Assembly: GCA_963664825.1 (NCBI GenBank) | Contig: OY761614.1 | Location: 1,216,001-1,280,000, forward strand | Reading direction: 5' to 3' | Source of the DNA: an uncultured Holophaga sp. | GTDB taxonomy: Bacteria > Acidobacteriota > Holophagae > Holophagales > Holophagaceae | DNA: 64,000 nt | Shown here: piece after piece, positions 21,843 to 31,540 of the stretch | Layout: each line of letters starts with the position of its first letter | How positions within the stretch are numbered: the first letter of the stretch is position 1 | Made by a program: the position numbers and the translations under genes | Notes under the pieces: model-generated | Told to the model about the DNA's origin: nothing | Databases searched by the model: none | What the model saw: the letters and a program-made list of their open reading frames with translations, nothing else

Positions 21843-22784
21843 ATGTCTGCACCTGCCGTGATCGATTCCATCCTGGAACTCGTGGGGAATACCCCGCTGC
21901 TGAGGCTGCACCGCTTCGCCCCGGAACTGGAGATCTTCGGAAAACTGGAATACCTCAATCCGGGCGGCAGCATCAAGGATCGCATCGGGGTGGGTATGCT
22001 GCGGGCCGCGGAGGCCCGGGGGGAACTCATCCCGGGGGCATCGACGGTGATCGAGGCCACGGCGGGCAATACGGGCCTGGGCTTGGCCCTGGCCTGCAAG
22101 GCCCTCGGATACCGCTGCATCATCGTGATGACCACGAAATACAGCCGGGAGAAGATGCAGCTCGTGAAGGCCCTGGGCGCCGAACTGGTGGTGCTCCCCA
22201 AGGAGGGGGGCATGGATAGCGCCGTGGCCCACACGGAAGCCCTGGCCAAGACCATCCCCCACGCCTGGCTCGGCCATCAGTACGACAACTGGGATAATCC
22301 GGGCACCCACGCCGCCACCACCGCCGAGGAGATCTGGGAACAGATGGAGGGCCGGGTGGATGGCATCACCATCGCGGCGGGAAGCGGGGGTTCCTTCACC
22401 GGCATCGTCCGGCGCTTGAAGGAGCTCAATCCCGGGCTCGTGGCCTGGTGCGTGCAACCCCAGGGGAGCTGCTACGGCGACAAGGCCGTCTCCGAATGGA
22501 AGATCGAGGGCATCGGCAGCACTTCCGTGCCTGCCGTATTGGATCTCTCCCTGGCCGATCACATCCTGGATGTGGCCGACGAGGATAGCCTGGCCACGGC
22601 TCGCCGGCTGATCCTCACCGAGGGCTGCCTGGTGGGCGGTTCCAGCGGCTGCAACGCCTTTGCGGCCGAACAACTGGCTCGCACGCTGCCCAAGGGTAGC
22701 CGGGTGGCGACCCTCCTCTGCGATGGGGCCGAGCGCTACCTCAGCAAGTTCCCCGTGGCCGATATCTCCCAGGAGTTGCTGTGA
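21843..22784 (+). CDS. PLP-dependent cysteine synthase/cystathionine beta-synthase family protein
   Basis: VGNTPL, KLEYLNPGGSIKDR, EATAGNTG, GSGGS and IEGIG. Confidence 0.9.
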   Translation: MSAPAVIDSILELVGNTPLLRLHRFAPELEIFGKLEYLNPGGSIKDRIGVGMLRAAEARGELIPGASTVIEATAGNTGLGLALACKALGYRCIIVMTTKYSREKMQLVKALGAELVVLPKEGGMDSAVAHTEALAKTIPHAWLGHQYDNWDNPGTHAATTAEEIWEQMEGRVDGITIAAGSGGSFTGIVRRLKELNPGLVAWCVQPQGSCYGDKAVSEWKIEGIGSTSVPAVLDLSLADHILDVADEDSLATARRLILTEGCLVGGSSGCNAFAAEQLARTLPKGSRVATLLCDGAERYLSKFPVADISQELL

Positions 22785-23416
22785 CGGCCCTCGATCTCGC
22801 CTCCGGTCTGATGGACGCCGGGGCCGTGCGCCTTTCCCCCCGGGAGCCCTTCACCTGGGCCAGCGGCATGAAGGCGCCCATCTACTGCGATAACCGGCAG
22901 ATGCTGGGGACCCCGGAATTCCGTTCGCGCATCGTTGAGGCCCTGGCCCAGCTGGCCCTGGAAGCCAAACCCACACTCATCGCAGGAACCAGCACGGCCG
23001 GCATCCCCTGGGCCGCCCTGGTGGCCGATCGCCTGGGCCTGCCCATGTCCTACGTGCGGCCCGAACCCAAACAGCACGGCATGGGCCGCCAGGTCGAGGG
23101 GCCCGATACCTGGGGCCACCGGGTGGTGCTGCTGGAGGATCTCATCTCCACCGGAGGATCCAGCCTCAAGTGTGCCGCAGGCCTCCGGACCGAGGGCGCC
23201 GAGGTGCTGGAGATCCTCGCCCTCTTCAGCTACGGCCTGCCCGTGGCCGAAGAGGCCTTCCGCGCTGCCAACGTGAAGCTGCGCGTCCTGGCCACCTTCG
23301 ATGAACTGGTGACCCGAGCCGAGATCAAGGGCATCCTCCTGGGGGATGACCGCGCGTCCCTGGCGGAATGGCGGAAGGACACTGGCGCCTGGAGCAAGGC
23401 CCGAGGGGGAGCCTGA
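22781..23416 (+). CDS. pyrE: Orotate phosphoribosyltransferase
   Basis: PFTWASG-x-KAPIYCDNR; PRPP motif VVLLEDLISTGGS. Confidence 0.92.
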   Translation: MTALDLASGLMDAGAVRLSPREPFTWASGMKAPIYCDNRQMLGTPEFRSRIVEALAQLALEAKPTLIAGTSTAGIPWAALVADRLGLPMSYVRPEPKQHGMGRQVEGPDTWGHRVVLLEDLISTGGSSLKCAAGLRTEGAEVLEILALFSYGLPVAEEAFRAANVKLRVLATFDELVTRAEIKGILLGDDRASLAEWRKDTGAWSKARGGA

Positions 23417-23418
23417 TC

Positions 23419-23979
23419 GTGAGCCGACTCTACACACGTACCGGGGATGAAGGAATGACAGGCCTCTTCGGGGGCAAGCGGGTATCCAAGGCCGACGCCC
23501 GCATCGGGGCCTACGGCACCCTGGACGAGCTGAACAGCGTCATCGGCGTACTGCGTCTGCATGTCTCCGAGGGCTCGGGCGCCCGCCAGCGGCTGCTTGA
23601 GGTCCAGCAGGATCTCTTCGTCATCGGCGCAGTGCTGGCCACACCCTCGGATCAGCTTCCGAAGCTCGGGACCAAGATGACCCGCCCCACCTGGGAGATC
23701 GCTGCCATGGAGGCCGATATCGATCGCCTGGGCGCGCTGGCTCCCGCCATGCAGCACTTCATCCTGCCCGGCGGCTGCCCGGCTTCGGCCTACGCCCACT
23801 GGGCCCGCACCCTCTGCCGCCGGAGCGAAAGGGAGGCCGTGGCCCTTTCCCGGCTGGATCCCCTGCCCCCCCTGGTGCTCACCTACCTCAACCGCCTCAG
23901 CGACTGGCTCTTCGCCCTCTCCCGGGCCGAAAACGCCCTGGCCCAGGTGCCGGACGTGGAGTGGGTGCCCAAGGGGTGA
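23419..23979 (+). CDS. PduO-type ATP:cob(I)alamin adenosyltransferase
   Basis: LYTRTGDEG, AYGTLDELNS, FILPGG, RTLCRRSER and YLNRLSDWLF. Confidence 0.92.
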   Translation: MSRLYTRTGDEGMTGLFGGKRVSKADARIGAYGTLDELNSVIGVLRLHVSEGSGARQRLLEVQQDLFVIGAVLATPSDQLPKLGTKMTRPTWEIAAMEADIDRLGALAPAMQHFILPGGCPASAYAHWARTLCRRSEREAVALSRLDPLPPLVLTYLNRLSDWLFALSRAENALAQVPDVEWVPKG

Positions 23980-24078
23980 TGCCCCGGGAACAGGATGACT
24001 GCGGTCCGGTTCGCGCACCCTCTGTCCACCTCAGTGCCCTGTGGTTCAGCTTTTGTGGCCAGGAGCCGAAGTTGAATA

Positions 24079-24675
24079 TCAGATTCCCCGCTCCGAGTGG
24101 CTATCCCCCATCCGAGCCTCCACCTCGGCCAAGAGGGCTTGAGCCCGGGGTTCACCGGCGACAGAGGCGCGGAGCAGCCAACCCTGGGCCGAGGCCAGAT
24201 CCCGGGGACCACCCCGGCCCTCCCGCAGATCCTGGGCCAGATCCACCATGGCCGCGGGCACACCGGCGCAGGCGGCCTGAATGAGCCAGGCCCGGGCCGA
24301 CCCGGGGTCCCGGTGGCCATAGTGGAGGCCCAGGCGATGGGCCGCGAGGCCGTCCCCCCCTTGGGCCGCCTTCAGGTCCCCATGAATGGCCGCGGGCTTG
24401 CTCCCCCGGGCGAAGTGCCACCACACGTAGTAGAGCGAGACACCAACGATAAAGAACATCGCGCAGAGCCACAGGAGGGCCATGGGGTTGCCCTTGGAAT
24501 ATTCCGCATCCTCCCGACCGGCCACGGCTCCGAGGATGATGAACCCGGTGGCGATGAGCACCAGGAGGCTGAGTATCACCAAGAGAATGGCCAGCAGCAG
24601 GAGGTATCCCATCCAGGGCCGCCCCTCAGAGGCCCAGGAATCGAGGATCTGCTGGAGCCGGGCGTTGAGCTTCAC
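24079..24675 (-). CDS. Membrane protein with Sel1-like repeats
   Basis: Two TM helices followed by AAQGG...A..WL..AA..G...A repeats. Confidence 0.7.
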   Translation of the reverse strand: MKLNARLQQILDSWASEGRPWMGYLLLLAILLVILSLLVLIATGFIILGAVAGREDAEYSKGNPMALLWLCAMFFIVGVSLYYVWWHFARGSKPAAIHGDLKAAQGGDGLAAHRLGLHYGHRDPGSARAWLIQAACAGVPAAMVDLAQDLREGRGGPRDLASAQGWLLRASVAGEPRAQALLAEVEARMGDSHSERGI

Positions 24676-25664
24676 GCGTCCTCACCCTTGAGCAGGCGCT
24701 TCTCGGCGATGCGCATCCAGTGCTCGGCGGCCAGGACCCCTTCGCCGTGGTTCACGCGGCGGAAATGGCTCAGGATGTGGCGCAGGGTGCGGGGAATGGC
24801 CGGGGCGAAGTAGGCCTTGTTCTTGTGCAGCAACTGGTGGCCGAAGGTGCCCAGGGCCTTGAAATTGCGCTGGAGGGCACTGAGGTTCAGCTCCTCCCAG
24901 AGCAGGCGCTCGGACCAGCCTAGTTCCTCGCGAACCCTCTGGACCAGCAGGTTCCCGGCTTCCGGTGACCAGTCCCAATAGCCATCGTAGAGGATGGAAG
25001 CCAGATCGTAGGTGGCCGCACCCCGGCGGGCATCCTGGAAATCCAGCATCACCAGGCGATCGCCGTGGATCATCAGGTTGCGCACATGGAAATCCCGATG
25101 GGCCAGGAAGCGCACCCGGGGCTCCAACCCCGCGTGGACCTCGTGCATCAGGCGCTCCAGCCACTGGGGCGGTTCTTTCTGGAGGAAATCGTGGAAGAAA
25201 TTCTCCCGACAGTAGCCCCATTCGAATTCGAACTTGGCCTGATCGAAGGCCCGCAGCATGAAGAAGGCCCGGCTGGGAGCCCCCTCGGTGAGGAGCCCCA
25301 ACCAGGTGGCCAGGAGACCGGCCACTTCCTCGGCCCAGTGCAGCTCCTCCTCGGGGTGGAGGGTGAGGCGCTTTTCCAGGGAGACATCCCCCAGATCCTC
25401 CATGAGCATGGCCCGTTCGCCATCGGCGCACTGGATGATGGTGGCCACCCGCACCACGGGATCGAGGTAGGCCTGGAGGGCTCGGTAATCGTAGTAGGGA
25501 TCGTCGAGCTTATCGGGATCCTTGGGGGGATAAAGCACCACCAAGGCCTTCCCCAGCTGGGGATGCTCCACCCGGAAATACTGCCGTGCCCCCGCGTCTC
25601 CGCTGAGGGGGCACGGGTTGCGGCAATCCCAGCGTTCGAGCACGGCCTGCAGACGGGGTTCCAT
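24672..25664 (-). CDS. Phosphotransferase, AmgK-like MurNAc/GlcNAc kinase
   Basis: LSGDAGARQYFR, EDLGD, HRDFHVRN, DFQDA, YDLAS and QRNFKALGTF. Confidence 0.82.
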   Translation of the reverse strand: MEPRLQAVLERWDCRNPCPLSGDAGARQYFRVEHPQLGKALVVLYPPKDPDKLDDPYYDYRALQAYLDPVVRVATIIQCADGERAMLMEDLGDVSLEKRLTLHPEEELHWAEEVAGLLATWLGLLTEGAPSRAFFMLRAFDQAKFEFEWGYCRENFFHDFLQKEPPQWLERLMHEVHAGLEPRVRFLAHRDFHVRNLMIHGDRLVMLDFQDARRGAATYDLASILYDGYWDWSPEAGNLLVQRVREELGWSERLLWEELNLSALQRNFKALGTFGHQLLHKNKAYFAPAIPRTLRHILSHFRRVNHGEGVLAAEHWMRIAEKRLLKGEDA

Positions 25665-25750
25665 GGCACCAGTTTGCCACGAAGGGAAAGCCCTGGCCCG
25701 AGGTCCTCCTGGAACACCTGCGCGAGTGTCCAAACAAGGCCCAAGCGCCT

Positions 25751-26596
25751 CTAGTCCAGGCCCAGTCGCACCTGCCGCCCCTCATCCAGGAACCAGAGGG
25801 CATTCGCGTCCCTGAAGGCCGGATGGAGCCGCGCTCCGGGGCCCAGGACGCAGCGCTGAAGCTCTCCGGCGGGAAAGGCCTCGGGATGGACGTAGCATCC
25901 GGACAGGCGGCCTTCCATCCCCGGTGCCAGTGCCGCGGCAGCGGCGATGAGATGATCGGGGCTGCCGATATCGAACCAGGGGAAGGGCTCCATCACGATG
26001 CCCGCGTGATGCCTGAGCCGGGGCAGGATATCGCCCTTGGTGTCCGAAAGTCCTTCCGGCAGCAGAGCCAGCGCCTCCAGTCCCCAGAGGGCGGCGCCCG
26101 TGAAATGGTAGGGGCCCTCACCCGTTTCCCCCGGGGGCAGTACCCGGCCTTCCTCGTCCAGCCAGACGGGGTTCCAGGGGCCGCCGGAATGGGGCACCAG
26201 AAGCCAGCTCAACTGGGCTCGTCGGCGCATGTGTTCGGCCCGGAAGGCCGCCCAGGGTACTTCGGCCAGGGCATCGCCATTCCACACCGCGAGCGGGTCG
26301 GCGGCCCTCCCCAGGGCATGACGGAGACCCCCCGCACTTCCCAGCAGGACCGGCTCCATGCAGACTTCGATTTCACTCCCCGCGGCGGCCCTCAATTTAT
26401 CCGGCAGGTGATGAGCGTTGCAGGCGATGCGCGTCATCCCAGCCTGGCGCATCCCCTCGGCCCCCCACTGAAGCAGGGGCTTCCCCCCAAGAGTCCAGGC
26501 GGGCTTGGGCAATACGCAGGAGAGGGGCCCCATGCGCGTGCCCAGGCCCGCCGCGAGGATGAAGCCGTCAAGGCTGGAGGGCATGGCCATTCCCAT
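25751..26596 (-). CDS. Nucleotidyltransferase, MurU-like
   Basis: ILAAGLGTRM, LPKP, NAHHL, LLGSAGG and NGD; adjacent to the AmgK-like gene. Confidence 0.8.
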   Translation of the reverse strand: MGMAMPSSLDGFILAAGLGTRMGPLSCVLPKPAWTLGGKPLLQWGAEGMRQAGMTRIACNAHHLPDKLRAAAGSEIEVCMEPVLLGSAGGLRHALGRAADPLAVWNGDALAEVPWAAFRAEHMRRRAQLSWLLVPHSGGPWNPVWLDEEGRVLPPGETGEGPYHFTGAALWGLEALALLPEGLSDTKGDILPRLRHHAGIVMEPFPWFDIGSPDHLIAAAAALAPGMEGRLSGCYVHPEAFPAGELQRCVLGPGARLHPAFRDANALWFLDEGRQVRLGLD

Positions 26597-27884
26597 TCAT
26601 GGGTCTCAGCAGGAACTTGCCCGGCGCCATCCCCCGCATCTCCAGCACGCGGATGCGCCAGCCCTGGACCTGGATTTCATCGCCCACCCGCAGGATCCGC
26701 CCCAGCCTCTCCTGGAAGAAGCCGCCCAGGCTCACGGAACCCGCCTCGGCCTCCAGCCGGAGATCCAGATGATCCTCCAGCTGCTCGAGGGTGACGGCCC
26801 CTTGAGCCAGCCAGGCCCCCCCCCGGGTGCGGCGCAGATTGATGACCTCGCGGTCGAATTCATCCTGGATCTCCCCGACCAGCTCCTCCAGGATGTCCTC
26901 CAGGGTCACCAGACCATCCGTGCCGCCGTGCTCGTTGATCACCAGGGCCAGGTGCTGCTTCTGCTTCTGGAAGTCCAGCAGGAGATCCTGGATCAGGCGC
27001 ATCTCCGGCACCAGGAAGGCCGGGCGCGCCAGAGCCCGCAAATCGAGTTCCTTCCCCTGGTCATGGAGGGCCCAGAGCAGCTCCTTGAGATGGATGACGC
27101 CCACCACGTGATCCAGATCGCCCTCCGCCACCGGAATGCGCGTGTGGGGCGAGGAGCGCGCCAGTGCGAGGTTTTCCTCCAGGCTGCTCCGCAGATCGAA
27201 GAAGGCGATCTCGCTGCGGGGCACGGCCACTTCCTTCACCGTGCGCTTGGAGAAGGCGAAGACATTCTCGATCAGCTCGGCCCGGGAGAGTTCGAGATCC
27301 CCGCTGGCCTGGCTCTTCACGAGCATGCGCTTGAATTCATCCTCGCTGGGGGGGCGCTCCTCCAGGCGGTGGTTCTTCACATCCACCCCCAGGAGCCGCT
27401 CGATCAGGCGGGTGAGCCCCACCAGCACCCAGGTGATGGGTCGGATGAGGCGCGACCAGAAGAGGAGGGGGCGGGCCGTGCGCAGGGCCCATGGAAGGGC
27501 CGAGCGGATGGCGAAGCTGCGGGGCAGCAGTTCAGCCAGCACCACCTGGAGCAACGTGAGGCTGAGCAGGCCCAGGGCCGAGCCCAGGACCAGTCCCACC
27601 CGGGGCCAGAGCAGACATCCGAAGAGGAATCGCCACCCCCGCACGAAGGCATCCTCCCCCACGGCGCCCAGGCAGACGGTGAGGAGGGTGATGGCCACCT
27701 GGATGGCCGAGAGATGCAGATCGAGATGGCGATGGATTTCCAGGGCCAGGAAAGCCCTGGGGTCCGCATCCTGAAGGCCTTCGAGCTGGGTGGACCTCAC
27801 GCGGATGGCGGCGAATTCCGACATCACGAAAAAGCCCGTGAGCATGATCAGGATGGCCGTGGCCACCAACGCGCCGAGATGCAT
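26568..27884 (-). CDS. HlyC/CorC (CNNM-CBS) family transporter
   Basis: FFVMSEFA, ELLPRS, HTRIPV and GLVTLEDILEELVGEIQDE. Confidence 0.9.
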   Translation of the reverse strand: MHLGALVATAILIMLTGFFVMSEFAAIRVRSTQLEGLQDADPRAFLALEIHRHLDLHLSAIQVAITLLTVCLGAVGEDAFVRGWRFLFGCLLWPRVGLVLGSALGLLSLTLLQVVLAELLPRSFAIRSALPWALRTARPLLFWSRLIRPITWVLVGLTRLIERLLGVDVKNHRLEERPPSEDEFKRMLVKSQASGDLELSRAELIENVFAFSKRTVKEVAVPRSEIAFFDLRSSLEENLALARSSPHTRIPVAEGDLDHVVGVIHLKELLWALHDQGKELDLRALARPAFLVPEMRLIQDLLLDFQKQKQHLALVINEHGGTDGLVTLEDILEELVGEIQDEFDREVINLRRTRGGAWLAQGAVTLEQLEDHLDLRLEAEAGSVSLGGFFQERLGRILRVGDEIQVQGWRIRVLEMRGMAPGKFLLRPMNGNGHALQP

Positions 27885-27893
27885 GAGCCGCGG

Positions 27894-29675
27894 CTAGACG
27901 GGACGGGTGAGATCGGAGGCTCGACGGATGCCCGTCTCCAAGTCCGAGACCGCTTCGCTGAGGGCCGAAAGGCGCGCGCTCTTCTCATTCAGGTTGCCCT
28001 CGAGCTCCCGCTTTTCCATCTCGAGGGAGGCGATGCGCTCCCGCTGGGCGTCGATGCCGGCGTTGAGGCGATTGAGGTGGGCCTCCCGCTCGTCGATGCC
28101 CTGCATCAATTCCATCTGGAGCTTCTCGTGCTCACTGACGGCCCGGGCCATCGCCTGCTGGGATTCCGAGAGCCTGGATTCCAGGTCCCGACGAAGCTCC
28201 CGGAGTTCGGAGGCTTCGGTCGTGGTGGCCTGGAGCAGGGATTCCTTTTCGAGGAGCGTGGCATCGAGTTCCAGGCAGCGGGATTCCTGCTCCGTGAGGC
28301 GGGTCTGCAGGGCTTCGCATTCCCGGGTGAGGCCTCCCAGGCGGCCGCCCTGATCGGCGAGCTCCCGGCGCTGGCCCCGGAGGGTGGCCTCCAGGCCCGC
28401 GATATCGACCTTCAGGGCATCGCCCTCCTTGGTCCGCTCGGCCAGTTCGACATTCCGAGCCTCCAGTTGGTTCTGGAGTTCCTGGAGCCGGGCTTCATAG
28501 CCATTGACCTGGCCTTCCAGATCCCGAAGCTTCTCGTCGACCCCCTGGCTGGCCTCCTCGTGTTCCCGCAGACGCCCAACCTCTTCCTCGAATTCAGCGC
28601 AGCGGCGTTCGGCGGCATCCTTGGCTTCGGCAAGTTCGGCGAGCTGGCCCTGGGAGGCAGCCTTGGCCTCCTCCAATTCGGTGGCCCTGGTCTCGGCGGA
28701 AGTCTTGGCGGCCTCGAGTTCGGTGCAATGCCGTTCGGAGGTGGCCCGGGATTCTTCGAGTTCAAGGGCCTGGCGCTCCTGCGCCTCGATCCGGCCGCGG
28801 AGCTCCTCCCGCTCCTTCTCGGCGTCTTCCAGCGCCTCCTGGAAGTGAACCGTCTGGTGTTCGGCCTCGGAGGCGCGGCTTTCCTGGGAGAGCAGGGCCT
28901 CCTCCGTGTCCTTGAGCTTCTGTTGGAGTTCGCCGAGTTCGCCCTGGCGGCGCTCGGCTTCATCCAGATTGCAGGTGACCCTCTGATGATCGGAACGGAG
29001 GCTATCGAGTTCCTGGTCCCTCTTGGCCAGGAGTCCCTCCTGGTCCTGGAGCTTGGTCTCCAGATCCCTCACCCTGGCCTCCAGCAGCTCGACCTTGCCG
29101 GCATCCCTGGGGGGAAGCGCCGAAGGCAGGGGAATGGCGATGACTGGCCGGGAGGGAGCCAGGGGCGCCGTACTGCGCAGAGGAGGCGGGAACGGAGAAA
29201 TGGATTCTTCGTCGGTCTCCAACTCGGTCTTGAGGCTCTCCAGCCATTCTTCCCCCAGATCGGCGCCGGAGAGATCCCCCAACGGATTATCCGGATCCAC
29301 CCCCCGCAGGGGCACCAGGGGCGTCAATTCGGCCACCAGGGAGGTGGAGTCCATGGGCTTGTGCAGGTAGAGATCGGCCTTCCCCTTGAGGCTCCGATGG
29401 CGGTTGTATTCCTCCTCGGTGGCCTTGGCGCTGATGAGGACGACCTTGACGGCGGCCAGGAGCGGATTCTTCCGGATGGCAGAGCAGAGGGCGTAGCCCT
29501 TGTTCTCGGAGACTTCCACGCAAATCAGCACCGCGGCGTAATGGCCGCTCTCCAGGCGCTGAGGAACCCCATCGGTGCTGAAGCAGAAATCGACTTCGAA
29601 GACGGATTCCAGGGCGACCTGGTGATCCTGGATGAATCTCCTGTCGCTATCCACGAAGAGGAGGCGTTGGGCCAT
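27894..29675 (-). CDS. Pseudo-receiver domain plus long coiled-coil protein (FrzS/AglZ-like)
   Basis: REC fold with VLICVE in place of the phosphoacceptor Asp, HRSLKGKADLYLHKP, Pro-rich linker, about 400 aa coiled coil. Confidence 0.75.
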   Translation of the reverse strand: MAQRLLFVDSDRRFIQDHQVALESVFEVDFCFSTDGVPQRLESGHYAAVLICVEVSENKGYALCSAIRKNPLLAAVKVVLISAKATEEEYNRHRSLKGKADLYLHKPMDSTSLVAELTPLVPLRGVDPDNPLGDLSGADLGEEWLESLKTELETDEESISPFPPPLRSTAPLAPSRPVIAIPLPSALPPRDAGKVELLEARVRDLETKLQDQEGLLAKRDQELDSLRSDHQRVTCNLDEAERRQGELGELQQKLKDTEEALLSQESRASEAEHQTVHFQEALEDAEKEREELRGRIEAQERQALELEESRATSERHCTELEAAKTSAETRATELEEAKAASQGQLAELAEAKDAAERRCAEFEEEVGRLREHEEASQGVDEKLRDLEGQVNGYEARLQELQNQLEARNVELAERTKEGDALKVDIAGLEATLRGQRRELADQGGRLGGLTRECEALQTRLTEQESRCLELDATLLEKESLLQATTTEASELRELRRDLESRLSESQQAMARAVSEHEKLQMELMQGIDEREAHLNRLNAGIDAQRERIASLEMEKRELEGNLNEKSARLSALSEAVSDLETGIRRASDLTRPV

Positions 29676-29772
29676 GAGGCGATCCTTGAGCTGGCTTGTA
29701 GTCTAAACCTAATCCCCCCGGAAAAACACACCGCCGGGACGGGCCCGGCGGCGCGTATCCAAGGCGGGAGAA

Positions 29773-31305
29773 TTAGCGGGCCGGAATGGCCACGGTGTAG
29801 GGCTGGTTCACCTGGCGATCCCGCACAAGCAGGATGAGAGGCTTCCCATTGCACTTGCGCACTTCCGCATAAAACTCCGGCAGGCTGCCCACGTTCTTGG
29901 TGCCCACGGCGCTGATCACGTTGCCCACGCGGAGCTTGTCGGCCGAGGCCGCCCGGGTGGCCACCGCGGTGACGATCACGCCCTTCCAATCATTGGCAAT
30001 GCCGTACTGGTGGCGGGTGGCCGCGTCCAGCGCCGCCACGTCGAACCCGTAGAGTTTCTCCAGGTTCAGTTTCTTGGACTGGGCGCCGCTTTCCTTGGGC
30101 GTAGCCGTGTCGTCGTCCTCGCCACTCCCGTCGTTCTTCTGCATATCCTTGCGGTCCCCCAGGGTCACGGTGAGTTCCTTGGCCTTGCCATCGCGGATGA
30201 TGGCCAGCTTCACCACATCCCCAGCCCGATGACTGGAGATGACGGTGATCAGCTCCTCGGGGCTATTGAGCTTCTGGCCATCGATGGCCGTGATCACGTC
30301 CAGGCGCTGGACCTTGGCCTTATCGGCGGCCTGGCCCTCCATGACGCTATTGACCACCACCCCCTGCCTGACGCCGAGGGCGCTCTGGAAATCCTTGTCC
30401 AGCTCGACGGGGGTGATACCCAGGGCCCCCCGGCTCACGGGTCGACCCGAGCGGAGATCGCGCAGGATGCGCTTCACCATATCGATGGGCACGGCAAAGC
30501 CGATGTTCTGGCCATCGGCGCGGATGGCCGTATTGATGCCGATGATCTCCCCCCGAAGGTTGAGCAGGGGGCCACCAGAATTGCCTCGGTTGATGGCGGC
30601 GTCGGTCTGGAGGAAGGACTCCAGGCCGCTGGGACCGCCCATGGCCCGGGCGCTGCGCCCCTTGGCGCTGATGATGCCCTGGGTGACCGTGTGGTCCAGG
30701 CCCAGCGGATTGCCGATGGCCACCACCCATTCACCCACCTTGGCTTTTTCAGAATCCCCGAGGGCCGCGAAGGGCAGATGATCGGCCTCGATGCGGATCA
30801 AGGCGATATCGAGCTCCTTGTCCTTGCCCAGGACCTTGGCCTTGAAGGTGCGGCCATCCGAGAGCTTGACCTCCAACTCCGCCTCCCCGCCCTGCACGCC
30901 CTCGATGACGTGATAGTTGGTGAGGATCTCGCCATTGGCGCTGATGATCACACCGCTGCCGCCGGCCAGGACCTTCTGTTCCTCCTCGGCGCGAGGCTGG
31001 CGGGGAGTGCCCTGGCCAGGCCGGGGATTGAAGAAGAAATCGAAAAAATCGTCCCCCCCAAAGGGGCTGCCCGTATTGGCGCGCGTCTTCACGAAGCTCG
31101 TGTTCTTGATGGAGACCACCGTGGGATTGAGCTTCTCGGCCACCTCCGCGATGGGGGGCATCCGGTCCAGCCCCTTGGCGTCGACCATCACGGGCTTCTC
31201 CTCCTCGGCCTGAGCGACCCAGTGATAGCTGAGCCCCATGCCAAAGGCTAGACAACCGGCCGCGAAGACCGAGAGCCCCAGTGTCTGCTTGACCTTGCGA
31301 TTCAT
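29773..31305 (-). CDS. Do/DegP (HtrA) family serine endopeptidase with two PDZ domains
   Basis: GSGVII, TNYHV, DIAL, AIGNPLG and QTDAAINRGNSGGPL. Confidence 0.93.
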   Translation of the reverse strand: MNRKVKQTLGLSVFAAGCLAFGMGLSYHWVAQAEEEKPVMVDAKGLDRMPPIAEVAEKLNPTVVSIKNTSFVKTRANTGSPFGGDDFFDFFFNPRPGQGTPRQPRAEEEQKVLAGGSGVIISANGEILTNYHVIEGVQGGEAELEVKLSDGRTFKAKVLGKDKELDIALIRIEADHLPFAALGDSEKAKVGEWVVAIGNPLGLDHTVTQGIISAKGRSARAMGGPSGLESFLQTDAAINRGNSGGPLLNLRGEIIGINTAIRADGQNIGFAVPIDMVKRILRDLRSGRPVSRGALGITPVELDKDFQSALGVRQGVVVNSVMEGQAADKAKVQRLDVITAIDGQKLNSPEELITVISSHRAGDVVKLAIIRDGKAKELTVTLGDRKDMQKNDGSGEDDDTATPKESGAQSKKLNLEKLYGFDVAALDAATRHQYGIANDWKGVIVTAVATRAASADKLRVGNVISAVGTKNVGSLPEFYAEVRKCNGKPLILLVRDRQVNQPYTVAIPAR

Positions 31306-31423
31306 GCTTCAACCTCGCATAGAAAGACCCTAGGCATTGGGTCAGACCCAAAATGATGCCACCATTCCAAAGGTTTCACCCTAGCCAGGAGGAGCGAACC
31401 GGGTTAGTCTAAGGGGCTCCAAT

Positions 31424-31501
31424 GGCGGCTGTAGTTCAGTTGGTTAGAGCACTGGATTGTGATTCCAGGTGTCGTGGGTTCGAATCCCATCAGCCGCCCC
31501 A
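31424..31501 (+). tRNA. tRNA-His (GTG)
   Basis: GGCGGCTG/CAGCCGCC acceptor stem with G-1, anticodon arm ctgga-ttGTGat-tccag, TTCGAAT T-loop, encoded CCA. Confidence 0.97.
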
Positions 31502-31505
31502 GATC

Positions 31506-31540
31506 AAAAGCCCCGCAGACATTACGTCTCCGGGGCTTTT
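31506..31540 (+). terminator. Terminator-like hairpin after tRNA-His (island side)
   Basis: aaaagccccg...cggggctttt. Confidence 0.7.

Noticed and set aside
26505..29837. 1110-aa plus-strand ORF
   Set aside because: Antisense to the corC-like and pseudo-receiver genes, with no recognisable motifs; the same holds for 13493-15955, 9120-10925 and 47732-49213
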